Assembly (NCBI RefSeq): GCF_006345805.1
Contig: NC_043010.1
Span: forward strand, 47,864,001-47,928,000
From: Octopus sinensis
Lineage: Eukaryota
Reading direction: 5' to 3'
Length of the DNA stretch: 64,000 nucleotides
The notes below the pieces were generated by a model that was not told the DNA's origin, made no database searches, and was given only the letters and a program-made list of their open reading frames with translations. Positions 51,146-64,000 of this stretch are shown piece after piece; position 1 is the stretch's first letter, and every line of letters begins with the position of its first letter. A program made the translations under genes and the position numbers.

Positions 51146-51867
51146 CTGTAGAAAAAACAATATTAAGTGATGATTAAATACTAAAAGGTACAGCTCAATT
51201 TGGTGTATGTGTGTGTATATGTATATATTGCAAACAACTTGGAGATACAAGTGCTACCAGTTGAAAGCTCTGCATACCAGATGCAAACAAGCTCATGTGG
51301 GTCATCAGAGGAGAATGCATGCTGTTTTGAGCCTTCTTCTCAATGTTATTGTGCACCCCAACTCACCGAGATGAGGCCCCACTTGCCAGATTAATTGGTT
51401 ACTAAGTTTCACTCAATATTCTTCTAGCCATTGCTCATCATCTCTTTTTAATCAAATCCAGTGGCTTGCTTTCTCCACTGTAGTCTGGCTATCATTTATG
51501 ATGAGTTAGGCCAAACTATATTTTGGAATGTAATAAATATTTGCATATATTCATGCTAAGCCAAAAAGTTTTTGTTTTTCAATTGAAAAGTGAGGATATT
51601 TCATATTCCAGCATTATTTCTTTTTTTAGACACAGCAAGGAGAGACAGCTGAAGAGTCTTGTTAGCATGCAGTATTTTCCTATCAATAAAAAGAAATTTG
51701 TCAAACTGGCATCTTGTGAATGGAGACAGATATTTCTCAACCATCAAGTACTTGAAAATTGAAATAATCTCTAGCACATTCTAATAGTGGTAATTTTAGT
51801 TTATGAAAAGTGAATAGAGATGGAGTGAAAATATTTTATACTATAAAATAAGTCACAAGATACACAC

Positions 51868-51967
51868 CAATTTTGCAATCTCTGAAATATTTTTCAATAG
51901 GGTAGTCTTTGGTAAAACCAACTCCACCCATCCATTCTATACACTTTGATGTAGTTTCTGTTGCTGC
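51868..51967 (-). CDS. ACADSB: ACADSB exon 10 equivalent (100 nt)
   Basis: tttag|[33 protein letters not shown](G)|gtgtgt. Confidence 0.95.
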
Positions 51968-52701
51968 CTAAAAAAAAGATTTAAAAAAATTCCAGTTAGG
52001 AAACAAAAAGCAGAGTAAAAGCAAAACAAACAAATTACTTCAACCACATACAAACTGACTGCATGTGACAGGTTTTAACTTCCACAAACTGTAAAGAGTT
52101 AAAGAACCCCTTCGGTCATGAATGACCGTGGGATTGCACCTAGAAAGTTACTTACTCTCTGAGACACAACTCTGGGCAAGATGGTTTATGGAAGACCAGC
52201 AGTTGGCCAGGCATAGCATTCTCCCCTCTCTATGCCACCAATGTTATCCAAGGGAAAGGCAAAGGCAGCTACAGCTTGGCACCAGAGATGTCACAACTCA
52301 TTTCAACAGCTGAGTGAACTGGAGCAACATGAAATAAAGTGTCTTGCTCAAGAACACAACACAAAGCCCAGTCTGGAAATCAAGCTCACATTCATGATTG
52401 TGAGCCCGATGCTCTAATCACTGTATAGAGTTATAGAATACGAAAAATATAAAATTTTATAGGACTTAAAGATGCATATTTTTATAAATATAATGTTCTC
52501 TATCCACATTTCTTAAAATTATCTTCTTCACCTCCTGTCAAGCCTCAGGGATGTTTAGATAACCTGGGAAAAGTGAAGCTTCTTTCTTAAGTTCACTTTC
52601 ATCTATCATCAATGACCAAAGAAATTCCAGTCATGACCATCCCACCTTTTTAGGGGTAGAGTTATATCTAAGATTAAAATGATCCAATATATAGCAGAGA
52701 T

Positions 52702-53077
52702 AGGCGCAGGAGTGGCTGTGTGGTAAGTAGCTTGCTAACCAACCACATGGTTCCGGGTTCAGTCCCACTGCGTGGCATCTTGGGCAAGTGTCTTCTGCTA
52801 TAGCCCCGGGCCGACCAATGCCTTGTGAGTGGATTTGGTAGAGGGAAACTGAAAGAAGCCCGTCGTATATATGTATATATATATATATGTGTTTTTGTCC
52901 CCCTAGCATTGCTTGACAACCGATGCTGGTGTGTTTACGTCCCTGTCACTTAGCGGTTCAGCAAAAGAGACCGATAGAATAAGTACTGGGCTTACAAAGA
53001 ATAAGTCCCGGGGTCGATTTGCTCGACTAAAGGCGGTACTCCGGCATGGCCGCAGTCAAATAAAAGTAGTAAAAGAG
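52702..53077 (+). mobile_element. tRNA-derived SINE, family A (young, CpG-retaining)
   Basis: Near-consensus copy in ACADSB intron 9. Confidence 0.9.
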
Positions 53078-54022
53078 TATGTGTCCTTCACTTTTTTTAG
53101 ATGAAGTGTGGTTTGAAGGAGAGTTGGCTGCTATTTCTAGCGTGTCTTTCTGAATGACTTGTCACAAATACTTACCTGTACTGTCGAATAAGTGAAACAT
53201 TATTTTAAGTTATATGAAGTGTTGTTGACCAACATCTGAACAAAGTGTATTAGATAAAGTGAGATAAATTATGATAGAGTTACACATATATACAATCATA
53301 CTTACTTACAGCATAGATAGTAACAACACAAAACAACCTCAATGCATGACTAAATATAACAAAATCTAATTATTTTTTCTCTAAGCACACATCTATACAT
53401 ATCTTTATCTTTCTCCTTAAATTCAATCCCCAGTTGTTGTCTAACCCCAGGTCAACCTTGACTGATAACACCTTTAATTAAAAGCATTTCAGGTCAAACC
53501 GCCCTATCTTAGTTTCAAACAGTGCATCAAGACTATTAAACAGACTGAATCCTTCACTTTTTAAAATGGTGGAATGCGGCTTGAGGGGAATTTGGCTGCT
53601 ATTTCTAGCAAGTTGAAAGACTACATACAAACTCCCTCTTGTGTGCTCTAGTCCAGGTTAAATCATGTGAGTCGTAACACATCAACAAGCAGGTATTTTA
53701 TTTATAGATACTTAAACATCTAAAATAGGTCTGATGGTTAAATTGTTAGGGCATAACTAATCATGTGACCAAATAGACTATTAAATGTTGTTACACATCA
53801 CTGGTCAAAATGTGCCTTGCATGGCTTTTAACCTTTGAATAATGCTACTCCACTGGCTAGGTGAGCAGGCCAACATTCCCTGCTGATCTAAAGGAGGACT
53901 ATAGCAATGTGAAATGAAGTGTTTTGCTCAAGAACACAATGCACCACCCAGTCTGGGAATCAAACCCATGATATAGCAATCGTGAGTACAACAGCCTAAC
54001 CACTTTCACATATGAGGACATA

Positions 54023-54529
54023 CCGTAAATCCTCGAGCATAGTCCGCCCTTGAGTATAATACACAGGGGATTTTTAAGGGGCGGTACCTCTGAAAAACCT
54101 AAACCTTGTGTATAATACGTACCCCTTCTCTAACTTGAGTCAAGGAGGTCTATATAACATTCTTGGTTTGTAAAAATGTAAATGGTTACATCCTTTATTA
54201 TTATTGTATATATAACATAATGCAAACGTGTAGCTTTTGTGTGCATTTTGTTTACAGATAATAAAGAAATAACAGTAATAACGTTTAGTAAATGTTGCTT
54301 ACTGCAAGTTATGGATGATTCTTTTATGACTTCATTGCTTTCAGGTTTAGCTTAAGGTATTTTTGCGCCCGACATCACAAAATGCATCTGAATAAACATT
54401 GCCAGACAGCAAATCAAGACTCAGACACTGCTTAGAAAATATTTTTCATTTTTAATATATAGTACACACTAGGGATTTTGACCTTTAAATTTTGGGGAAA
54501 AAATGCAAATTATACTCGAGGATTTATGG
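54023..54529. mobile_element. pogo/Tc1-like MITE (TA TSD)
   Basis: TA|ccgtaaatcctcgagcata ... tatactcgaggatttatgg|TA. Confidence 0.85.
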
Positions 54530-54778
54530 TAGGTAATGAATTGATAAAATAACAGAATTGCATTATTAGGCAAGGAATTCTATTCCACTTGCTTATTTCT
54601 AATTATTTGCCTGACAAGTTAGTTCTTTTGTCTTACTTCATAATTGATTGGTTGATGCTAGTAAAACATCTAACACCAGTAAATTTCCAAATTTGTAAAA
54701 TTACTTGACCCAGCAAAACATAAAAAAGAATGGAACTAGATGATATAAATTTGTTCAATAAATAATTTCTTTTTTAAC

Positions 54779-54916
54779 CTCAGATGCAAACAGCTTTGCC
54801 ATAGCTGCTTCCTTCATAATAGGGAGACCAGCTTCCTTCATTCTGGCAGCATTGTAAACAAGGAGTCGAGCAGCTTCAATCTGTGTAGCAACACGGGATA
54901 TTTGGTGCTGCATGGA
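54779..54916 (-). CDS. ACADSB: ACADSB exon 9 equivalent (138 nt)
   Basis: tttcag|[46 protein letters not shown]|gttaaa. Confidence 0.95.
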
Positions 54917-55296
54917 CTGAAACAAGACAAAATAGCAAACAGTTAAAAGAATTGGGTAAAGAATAATTAAAACACTGATATTGATATCTAACACAATACT
55001 GGTTTCAAATTTTGGCATAAATAAGACCAGCAATTTCAGGAGAGGAGCTACATTGATTAAATTGACTCCAGTGTTCAACTGGTATTTATTTAATCAACTA
55101 TGGAAGGACGAAAGGCAAAGCCGACTCTGGCAAAATTTGAATCCAACCCAGAAATGTAAAGACAGATGAAATACCGCCAAGTATTTTGCCTGGCATATGA
55201 CCAAGTGGATAGGGATGCGATGTGGCAGGTGTTGCAGTTGTATGTAGATTGTTGAGAGTTGACATGCAAATTCGTGAAGCGTTCCCTATTTTTCAT

Positions 55297-55693
55297 AGGC
55301 GTAGGAGTGGCTGTGGGGTAAGTAGCTTGCTTACAAACCACATGGTTCCGGGTTCAGTCCCACTGCGTGACACCATGGGCAAGTGTCTTCTACTATAGCC
55401 TCAGGCTGACCAAAGCCTTGTGAGTGGATTTGGTAGACGGAAACTGAAGGAAGCCCGTCATATATATATGTATGTGTGTGTGTGTATGTTTATGTGTCTG
55501 TGTTTGTCCTCCCCTCAACATCACTTGACAACAGATGCTGGTGTGTTTACGTCCCCATAACTTAGCGGTTCAGCAAAAGAGACCGATAAAATAAGTACTA
55601 GGCTTACAAAGAATAAGTCCTGGGGTCAATTTGCTCGACTAAATGTGGTGCTCCAGCATGGCCACAGTCAAATGACTGAAACAAGTAGAAGAG
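55297..55693 (+). mobile_element. tRNA-derived SINE, family A
   Basis: Near-consensus copy. Confidence 0.9.
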
Positions 55694-55739
55694 TTGTTCA
55701 GAGTTTTTATAGAAAAAGAAGGGTGTGTGTTAGGGTGGG

Positions 55740-56295
55740 TGGTGAAGTGAGTGGTTTGATATGAAGGTGGGGGTTAAGTCTCCATGGCTGTTTAATTTAT
55801 AAATGGATGGTGTGATGAGAGAGGTAAATGCTAGAACCCTTGGTAAGGGAGCCCAAATTGTGGGAGAAAATGGAGAGAAATGGTAGGTGAGTCAGTTATT
55901 GTTTGCTGATGATACAACACTGGTGGCTGATTTGGAAGAATAACTGAGGAGACTGGTGTTAGAGTTTGGAAAAGTGTGTGAGAGGAGGAAACTGAAAGTG
56001 AATGTAGCTAAGAGTAAGGTGATGAGATGTTCGAGAGATAGAATGGTTGGTAGGATGGATGTAAGTATAAATGGTGAGATGTTAGAGGTGGTGGGTGTTT
56101 TAAGTATCTGGGGTCACATGTGACAGTGGATGGGGGTTGGCTGAGGAGGTGGGATACAGAGTGAGGGAGGGGAGTAAGATACTTGGAGTTGTGAAAGGTA
56201 TGCTGAGAGATAAAAGGTTGAGTATGAAAGCGAAAAGAGGTGTGTGTGAGGGCGCGATTGTGCCGACAATGTTAGGTGGTCCTGAGACGTGGGGC
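55740..56295 (+). mobile_element. RTE/BovB-like LINE RT fragment
   Basis: LLFADDTTLVAD, LKVNVAKSKVM, KYLGS, IVPTMLGGPETWG, with stops and frameshifts. Confidence 0.85.
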
Positions 56296-56487
56296 CATGT
56301 AGTGGGACTGAACCTGAAACCATGTGATTGGGAAGTAAACTTCTTAACCACACAGTCATGCTTTCACCATTAGCAAAATAAAAATCATATAGAGACAAAG
56401 TAGTTCCTTAAGAGCTGATCACTGTATTATTACTACATCGTAAATATAAGGAAATAGTAAAAAAAAAAAGGAAGAAATCTCACTGAC

Positions 56488-56577
56488 CTGGAAATTCCAT
56501 ATACTTTGTCCAAATTGCTTTCGTTGCATAACATAATCAATAGTGTGAGCTAGACAACCACTAGCCAGACCAATCAT
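56488..56577 (-). CDS. ACADSB: ACADSB exon 8 equivalent (90 nt)
   Basis: ttcaag|MIGLASGCLAHTIDYVMQRKQFGQSIWNFQ|gtcagt. Confidence 0.95.
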
Positions 56578-56672
56578 CTTGAACAAAATACATAGGATTA
56601 TAAGTTTTATATATAGATAGATAGATAGACAGATATATAGATTCCCTATATTTCATTACATCACATTACTTA

Positions 56673-57052
56673 TCTCTCTCTATATAAAGCTGAAGTTGTC
56701 TGTGTATGGCAGGTTTGGTAGCCTTCAACTAACACTATCTCCTCCGAGACCCTGTGGCACAAGTTGACCAAAATTGAGAGTATGATAGAAGGCGGCTTGC
56801 TCTTCCCTCCGTAGAAGAAAAAATTCAAATCGGACCATGTTAACATCAAAAAGGTGCTTTGCTTTTTTCTAGGAAATTCTCTATTTTTTACGATTTTTTG
56901 ACTGCTGTGTCTCCATTTTTCAGTGTATTTTAACCAGAAAAATGTTCACTTAAAAAGAATAACAAGCTACATAATGCAAAATTTTTACTTTACAAAAATT
57001 CCAATTCTAAAGGGTCAAAACAAACCTGAGCAACGCCAGGCGATACTGCTAG
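56673..57052 (+). mobile_element. Non-autonomous Helitron
   Basis: A|TC 5' end, subterminal hairpin cctg-agcaacgc-cagg, CTAG|T 3' end. Confidence 0.75.
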
Positions 57053-57072
57053 TATATATATATATACATATA

Positions 57073-57280
57073 CATGGGGGTGCTAAAAAGTTCCTGGCTT
57101 TGGGTAAAAGAAAACACAGGAGGATCAGTTAATTATGATTTTATTCAACATATTATTCCCCTTTGAGATTCACACACTTATTGCAGCGGTCCTTCAGTTT
57201 TTGTAAGTCCTGTAAAAGAACTCAGAAAGTTGGGCCTTTCATGATACCCTTAAAGCCAGGAACTTTTCAGCACCCCCTCA
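57073..57280. mobile_element. mariner-derived MITE
   Basis: TIR gggggtgctaaaaagttcctggcttt / aaagccaggaacttttcagcaccccc, TA flanks. Confidence 0.85.
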
Positions 57281-58356
57281 TATTATACAGAATAAATAGA
57301 ATAATTTTTGTATAAAGAGACAAATCCATTGGTGCTTTAAAATTCTAAACCTTCAGCTAGTTTTGCCAACGTAAAAAAAAAAAAATCCTATCATCATCAC
57401 CACCACCACCACCACCATCGTCATCATCATCATCATCAGCAGCAGCAGCAGCATTTTAACATCCACTTTTCCATGCTTGCATGGGCCAGACAGAATTTGT
57501 TGGAGCAGATTTTCTATGGTCAGATGCCCTTCCTGTCTTCAAGAAAGGAGGTGATATTTCCCTAGGGCTAGACATTTCATGGAAGACTGGAAATGAAGGA
57601 CACCACTTGTATGACAGTGACACTTGTTTACAACTACCATGCGATGTCAAGGCAAGGAGACACAAGCATACACACACATATACACTTGCATGAGTGACAC
57701 TGTCTTAAAAGTGTGTGTGTATGTGTATATACACATGCGTGCATGCACACAAACACACACACAATGAGCTTCTTTCAGTTTCCATCTATCAAATTCACTC
57801 GTATGGTTTTAGTCAGCCTGAGGCTATAATAAAAGACGCTTGCCAAAAGTGCTATGTAGTGGGACTAAATTCAAAATCATGTGTTTGGGAAGCAAGCTTC
57901 TCAACCACGCAGTCACATCTGTACTGATTAATGAAAAGAAATTTCTTAGTCAGAGAAATAAAAGGTCTGATGAGGTCCAAAATGATTGAAAACACTTGAA
58001 AGTGATACTCCAGTATGGCCACAGTCTAATAACTAAAACCAGTAAAAAAAATAAAATAAAATAAAAACACACTATACTAATGACATTTGCAGGAGTACAC
58101 TGCATGCAAAACCTGACTCGTATTTGAAAAGTGTGATGGTTAGTACCAGCATACATGTGAGAATACAAGTCACTGTAGCATATAGTGTAAATCTGCAAAT
58201 ATCATCATTATCTTACCAAATCCTGCTGCATTTCACATGGAACTTTTGGCCCACAAAAGTTGTCTTGGTGCAGTGGTTCTCAATCATTTTTCGTCTGTGA
58301 ACCCCCTTTGATTCCCGTTTTATCCTGGTGGACCCCCACAGCCATTCGATGTTTAA

Positions 58357-58565
58357 CCCTTTCATTACCAACCCGGCTGAAACCGGCTTTGGCTCTGTGG
58401 TACAAATGTCTTGTTTTCATAAGTTTTGAATTAAACCTTAGTCACAATTTATGTTCCTGACACTAGCTGAATGATAACTAAGTTATTTTACTAAATTCTT
58501 TGTTATATTTAAAATTAATTGAAAGAAACACAGAGCATCTCAAAATAAATACAGTAACGAAAGGG
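58357..58565 (-). mobile_element. piggyBac-like MITE, copy 3, nested in a hAT-like (cagtggttctcaa) remnant starting at 58271
   Basis: TTAA|ccctttcattac ... gtaacgaaaggg|TTAA. Confidence 0.85.
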
Positions 58566-58932
58566 TTAAAAACTAGTTTTATAAATACTTCTTTTAAAAT
58601 TACTATTTTGCTTGTGTTGGTTGAACTTTGTAAGATATTAGAGAAAGAAATCTTGCTGTTTCTTACAATAGATACATCTAAAGCAAGTTTTTCACGTACC
58701 ATAATATACTACTGTAGGTCCCCAATTTAATATTTTGCTTAATGTTTTAGTGTGAATTTGTTTTTTTTTAACTGTAAAGTTTGACCTGAAAACTGACATG
58801 TATGCTGGAAAATATAGTTGCTCATTATATAACCCATAAGCTATCACATTTCTTCAGACACAACTTACAATTCTGGAACCAAAAAAAGAAAGGGAAAAGT
58901 TTTTTAAAAAATTTCTTAAATTTAATACAAAC

Positions 58933-59025
58933 CTGAGATCCAATGGCAATTCTTCCTTCATTAAGAATACCTATAGCATATTTATAGCCATGACCAATAG
59001 TTCCAAGTATGTTTTCTTCTGGAAC
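58933..59025 (-). CDS. ACADSB: ACADSB exon 7 equivalent (93 nt)
   Basis: tttag|[31 protein letters not shown]|gtttgt. Confidence 0.95.
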
Positions 59026-59974
59026 CTAAAAATTAAAACAGATTAAGAATTGTTTATAACTGATGTTATTTAAACCAACCATATCTGGCCCAAACATTCT
59101 ACCTATTTTATCTTCAGACCAGCCAGATCCAGCCTCTCACACCTACCCTGAAATGTCATTCTCAAAATAAACAATCGTAACTTTAAAATCTCAATGCTAC
59201 AAGGTAATGCATGATTGATTCAAAACACTGTGAATAAATAAGCATTACATTTGACAGAGTAATCTGAATGCTAGAGGATTAAACCTTAAATTTTAGTAGA
59301 TGTTGTTTAGCCCCAGGTTAACCATAATCTGAGTGGATCTCTGATCAAAGAACCTTCAGCTATGAACTTCCTTTAAATTACATAATATAATGCATCCTTC
59401 TTTTCTAAGACAGTAAGGTAAAATTTCAAAGAGATTTTTACTGCTATTTCTAATAATTCAATCAGCTGCATAGTGGATCTCTCTGGTAGACATACTATCA
59501 TAACAGTGAAAACTGGTAGACATACTATCATACTGCTGGCATCAGTTGTTAGTTGTCAGAGCACTGCATCCTTCAAAACTTCCGTGCTTTCTGAGATTCG
59601 CCAACACTATACCTGATTTTCCCCACTTTCATACACACGCAAGCATGTATCTGACTCATACACTGTTTGCTTTCCAGACATTTGTACATTACTGCATATA
59701 CTTTATATGCACTTTTGACAAGTTGTGGTGCACCTGAGCACTGTATACAATAATTTCATTATATTATAATTCAGCCTTTAAATTTGGTGTAACAAGTTTT
59801 AATCACACCCTTTAGTTGAGTTAACTTTCTATTTGTAAGCATCTCCTTTGAATTAGGTATATTGTCTCAGGTTAATGATATTCTTTCTGGTATGCTAGTA
59901 CCGAAGATCAGACAGTGTGTTTCTAGATGACTTTTTAATTACCATAATCAATCATTCAAAATGTCTCACTTTAC

Positions 59975-60100
59975 CTTTACATTATCAAAATGAACCATAC
60001 AAGTGCTGGATGCTCGGATTCCTAATTTGTCTTCTTTTTTGGCCACTGTTAACCCTTCAGCGTCTTTTTCAACTATAAAGCATGTGATACCTCGATAACC
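59975..60100 (-). CDS. ACADSB: ACADSB exon 6 equivalent (126 nt)
   Basis: tttcag|[42 protein letters not shown]|gtaaag. Confidence 0.95.
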
Positions 60101-60642
60101 CTGAAAATATTATGAAATATTTTTTTAAAGAGAGACATTTTAAGACATACAAAAATATAAAATTTTGTTATTTCAATTGATATTGGGTTTGATAAAGTAC
60201 TATTTATACATATCCAGGTTAATTAAATTGTATCTTCCCACCTATTTATGATCTTGTGCTTATGTGATAAACTAATATGTAACAAGTGAATATCTATGGA
60301 AGCAACGTGTGGTGATCAGAAAAGATCTACTGCAATCCACAGCCACACAGGAAGTAAAGTACAGTGAAAACTGAGGAGAGGAGGGATTAATTGAAAGATG
60401 AGCAATAGGTACGGTTAAAAGAGAAACATGGATAACAGTGGTTTGTGCAATAGACAGATGAGTGTAATGTGAGTGGCAATGAGGGAAGGAGAGTAATATT
60501 GGATGAGAGAGGGGCAAGAGGCTATCAGAGAGATCAATGATGTAGACTCGACAGTAAGCATATATATATATATATATATATAGATAGATAGATAGATAGA
60601 TAGATATGTGATTATGATGTCACATTCGTTATATATATATAT

Positions 60643-60702
<60 letters not shown>

Positions 60703-60959
60703 ATAGATATGTGATTATGATGTCACATTCATTGAAAGCATGCAAAATAATCTGGAAAAGAAAAAGAAAACACACAAAACAAAACCCTGTTGCTGGAAAA
60801 CTCAGAGTTCCCCAAGGTCACGGGTAGTCTAGTATTATATAGAGATGATATTTATATAGATATTATTGAAAATAAAAACTATTGAATAGAATATTTGAAT
60901 AAATATTGTGCATATAATACTAATAAATAACAGCATATAATATTAACACTAGACAATAA

Positions 60960-61160
60960 TAATAATCCTTTTTTACTATAAGTGCAAGGCCTGAAATTTT
61001 GGGGGAGGGGGTAAGTCGATTTCATCGACCCCCAGTGTTTCACCAGTACTTAATTTATCGACCCCAAAAGGATGAAAGGCAAAGTCGACCCTAGCAGCAT
61101 TTGAACTCAGAAATTGAAGACAGAAGGAATACTGCTAAACATTTCGCCTGGTCTTTTTGA
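60960..61160 (-). mobile_element. SINE family M
   Basis: atcgaccccaaaaggatgaaaggcaaagtcgacc... Confidence 0.75.
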
Positions 61161-61268
61161 CAATAACTGATTTGTAGAGAGATCTGTATCGAGGGAGATA
61201 TGGGAATAAATCCAACAGAACCTTGACCTCAATGCTGTCTAACAATTTACCAAAACAAAGATACTTAC

Positions 61269-61439
61269 TGCTTCAGGATTGACATTTGCCATCACTAAAA
61301 ACACACCAGCATGTTCAGCATTTGTAATCCACATCTTACTGCCATTAATAATATAGTAGTCGCCTTGTTTCACAGCTGATGTTTTCAAAGCAAAAGCATC
61401 GGAACCAGCTCCTGGTTCTGATAAACAGAAACTTCCAAC
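61269..61439 (-). CDS. ACADSB: ACADSB exon 5 equivalent (171 nt)
   Basis: accag|[20 protein letters not shown]...[26 protein letters not shown]|gtaagt. Confidence 0.95.
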
Positions 61440-62118
61440 CTGGTTAAAAGAAAAAAAAAAAAAAGGAAAAGTAGAAAAATTAATTTCAGTGTCTTTTTAA
61501 TTCACTTTTATTACTTTATATCTAATTTTCTTCATTTCAGCAATTGTTTAGACATGTGGCATACATTAGGTGTAAATTATATCATTTTTCTTGCTCGCAT
61601 TTTACCATGTAATATATATATATATATATATAATATATGTATGTATGTATGTATGTATGTGTGTTGTGTGTGTGTGTGTGTGTGTAAAGTCCCCCTTCAC
61701 TCATACATGACCATGGGATAGCACCAAAATGTTACCCTGCAAGGCACAAGTCCAAAGAAGGTTGTTTATGGAAGGCCAGCAGTCGCCCATGTATACTAGC
61801 CTCTCCTCTCCAAGCCACTGATGTTATCCAACGGAAAGGCAAATGCCAATACAGCTTGACACCAGTGATGTTACAACTCATTTCTACAGCTGTATGTGTG
61901 TGTGTGAGTTTGTCCCCTGTCACCACTTGACGATCGGTGTTTGTTTTGTCCCATTAACACAGTATTTCAGTAAAAGAAACTGATGGACTAAGTACCAGGC
62001 TTAAAAATAAGTGCTGGGATTGATTCATTTGGTTAAAACTTTACATGGTCATGCTCCAACATAATCATAAACCAAAGACTGAAACAAGTAAAAGATAAAA
62101 AGAAAAGTACAAACGGAC

Positions 62119-62325
62119 CGTATCACTTGTCAATCGAGGCAGGTACTTTTCTTTGTGAGCTGGAGAAGCATGACTTCGAAATACAGCATTGACAACCGTG
62201 TTGTGTACATCCACCATAGCACTAACTGCTGGATCAACTTTAGCCAGTTCTTCTATCACCAGGTTAGCAACAAAGAATGATGAGCCAGTGCCACCATACA
62301 TTGGATCAATATCTATTCCCATTAA
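62119..62325 (-). CDS. ACADSB: ACADSB exon 4 equivalent (207 nt); exons 1-3 lie beyond the window
   Basis: tttcag|LMGIDIDPMYGGTG...IEELAKVDPAV...KEKYLPRLTSDT|gtccgt. Confidence 0.93.
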
Positions 62326-62799
62326 CTGAAAAGAAAAAAAAAATTGGTTTCAAATTTTAGCACAAGGCCAGAAAGTTCAGGAGTAGGGATAAACTGATTA
62401 CATCAACCCCAGCTAGGTTTCTTTCTCTGACGTTTTCAATCTATACAAGTTAATGTGTGAAAAACAAAATAAGAATTTTGAAGACTGGGGCTTATTTTAT
62501 TGACCCCGAAAAGATGAAAGGCAAAGTTGACCTTGACATCATTTGAACTCAGATCTCAGAACATAAAGATGGACGAAATACTGCTAAGCATTTTTCCCGA
62601 TGCAGTAATAATTCTGCCAGTTTGCCACCTTAGAAAAAATATTGCAGGTGTGACTGTGTGGTAAGAAGCTTGCTTCCCTGCCATGTGGTTCTGGGTTCAG
62701 TCCCACTGCAAGGCACCTAGGGCAAGTGTCTTCTATTACAGCCTCGGGTCAACCAAGGCTTTGTGAATGGATTTGGTAGATGGAAACTAGATTCATAGG

Positions 62800-63290
62800 A
62801 CTTGACATTTTTTCATCTTTTTGAGATGTTGCAGTTTCAATTACCAAACAGTTTATTTAAGGTGCTGACAGTCCCATTCTTTAAGTTTCAGATGCTCTGT
62901 GACAATGAGGTGAATTTCTTCTATTTCTGAAGATGGGGATATGTTGTGTGGGCCAGTTCTTGAATGCATTTTCTATAAGCCAATATAATTTCTCTGTATA
63001 TCATCTTCAGATAACATCTTAGTTAGGTACACAAGTACCTTTGAAAATTAATTGTTGCCATGCAGATAGATATCGTGTTACTGTAGTAGCACTCTGGTGG
63101 TGGATTTCGACTTGTTCTTTGCAATGCAGTTAGCCTATCTACTTTAAGCTATAAGTGAGGTCTAAAAATGTCAAGTCCTTTAGAGTTATAATACAGTTAA
63201 ACATTCTACTGTCATTTATCTTGTACTGAATTGCTAGTGATTGTGATTCCTTATAAATTTTGTTATGTGATTGCTTTTTATTAGTATGCT
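62800..63290 (-). mobile_element. Highly decayed Penelope-like RT fragment
   Basis: Minus-strand FLDLTYS-like motif followed by PLE thumb-like sequence with many stops. Confidence 0.4.
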
Positions 63291-63299
63291 TTTGTTATA

Positions 63300-63630
63300 T
63301 TGCAACCACATGTTTTTAGGTTCAATCCCATTGGGCAGGTGTTTTCCATTTTAGCTCCGGGTTGACTAATACCTTGTGAGTGAATCTGGTAGACAGAAAC
63401 TGGGGAAGCCTGTCATTTACATGTGTGTGTGAGTGTCTTTGTGTTTGTCACACACCATTACTACTTGGTTGGTGTTGGTTTGTTTACATCCCCGTAACTT
63501 AGCAGTTTGGCAAAAGATAGCGATAGAGTAAAGTACTAGACTTAAAAATAAGTATTGGGGTCAATTTGTTCAACTAACCCTTTCATGTAATGCTCCAGCA
63601 AGGCCATAGTTCAATGACTGAAACAAGTAA
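63300..63630 (+). mobile_element. SINE family A (diverged)
   Basis: Similar to other family A copies. Confidence 0.7.
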
Positions 63631-64000
63631 AGGTTGTTTGAGGTACCACATTTCATCCCTTGACAGTAAATATGTAGATATAACCTAAGTCTCTTACAAG
63701 TTTTTACATCTGCAATTAGATTTTGGAAGTTGTCTGTATACTTTCAAAATCTTACCATTTTATTATGTTGATGAAGAGTAACTGTGATTTACATATTTAT
63801 TTCCATTAAATCAAATTCATCCTTTTATAATTCCCAAGTGTTTACTTGGAGGGGAACGTGTTTAATTATGATTTCTGCAACATTAAGCATGAAGGAAATG
63901 AAGTTTCTTATGGACAGGATATTAATCTAACACAAATATAGGCTTAATTATTTACCAGCAAGACTGTTTAAGCCACAGGCAAAGAAAGACAACATAAAAC

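Noticed and set aside
60560-60730. Short tandem duplication ((TA)/(GATA) + atgtgattatgatgtcacattc twice)
   Set aside because: Simple slippage around a microsatellite; no further structure.

Overview
Eukaryotic, AT-rich, microsatellite-dense genomic DNA. The SINE, LINE and MITE families look like those of Octopus (inference from recalled repeat consensus; not database-checked). Three host genes are supported by spliced reconstruction. (1) A minus-strand gene with an N-terminal DEK_C domain, resembling UAF30/spp27/TRI1-type proteins; only its first two coding exons were found (18945-18987, 17439-17529). (2) A complete 3-exon HINT1-family gene on + (43211-49463, 128 aa) whose histidine triad reads YIHVH instead of HxHxH. 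(3) Exons 4-11 of ACADSB on - (62325 to 51069), convergent with HINT1. One or two orphan exon-like ORFs lie at 11.1-11.5 kb and 5.6-5.9 kb. The rest is dominated by mobile DNA: a 5'-truncated RTE LINE with a PHD finger inside its RT and a tandemly amplified 3'UTR, a Gypsy remnant, several Penelope-like elements (Neptune-, Naiad- and Penelope/Poseidon-like), mariners, piggyBac-, pogo- and Harbinger-like MITEs, a Helitron, a HINE-like element and many tRNA-derived SINEs. The most striking non-genic signal is a set of minimal hammerhead-ribozyme motifs from different Penelope families. These include a tRNA-head + hammerhead module in an inverted-repeat Penelope end (4.1-4.7 kb), a 132-bp perfect palindrome with a hammerhead-like core in each arm (34.4 kb), and an intact-core hammerhead antisense in HINT1 intron 2, about 3 kb downstream of the ACADSB stop. 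Repeat boundaries are approximate unless defined by TIRs or TSDs.
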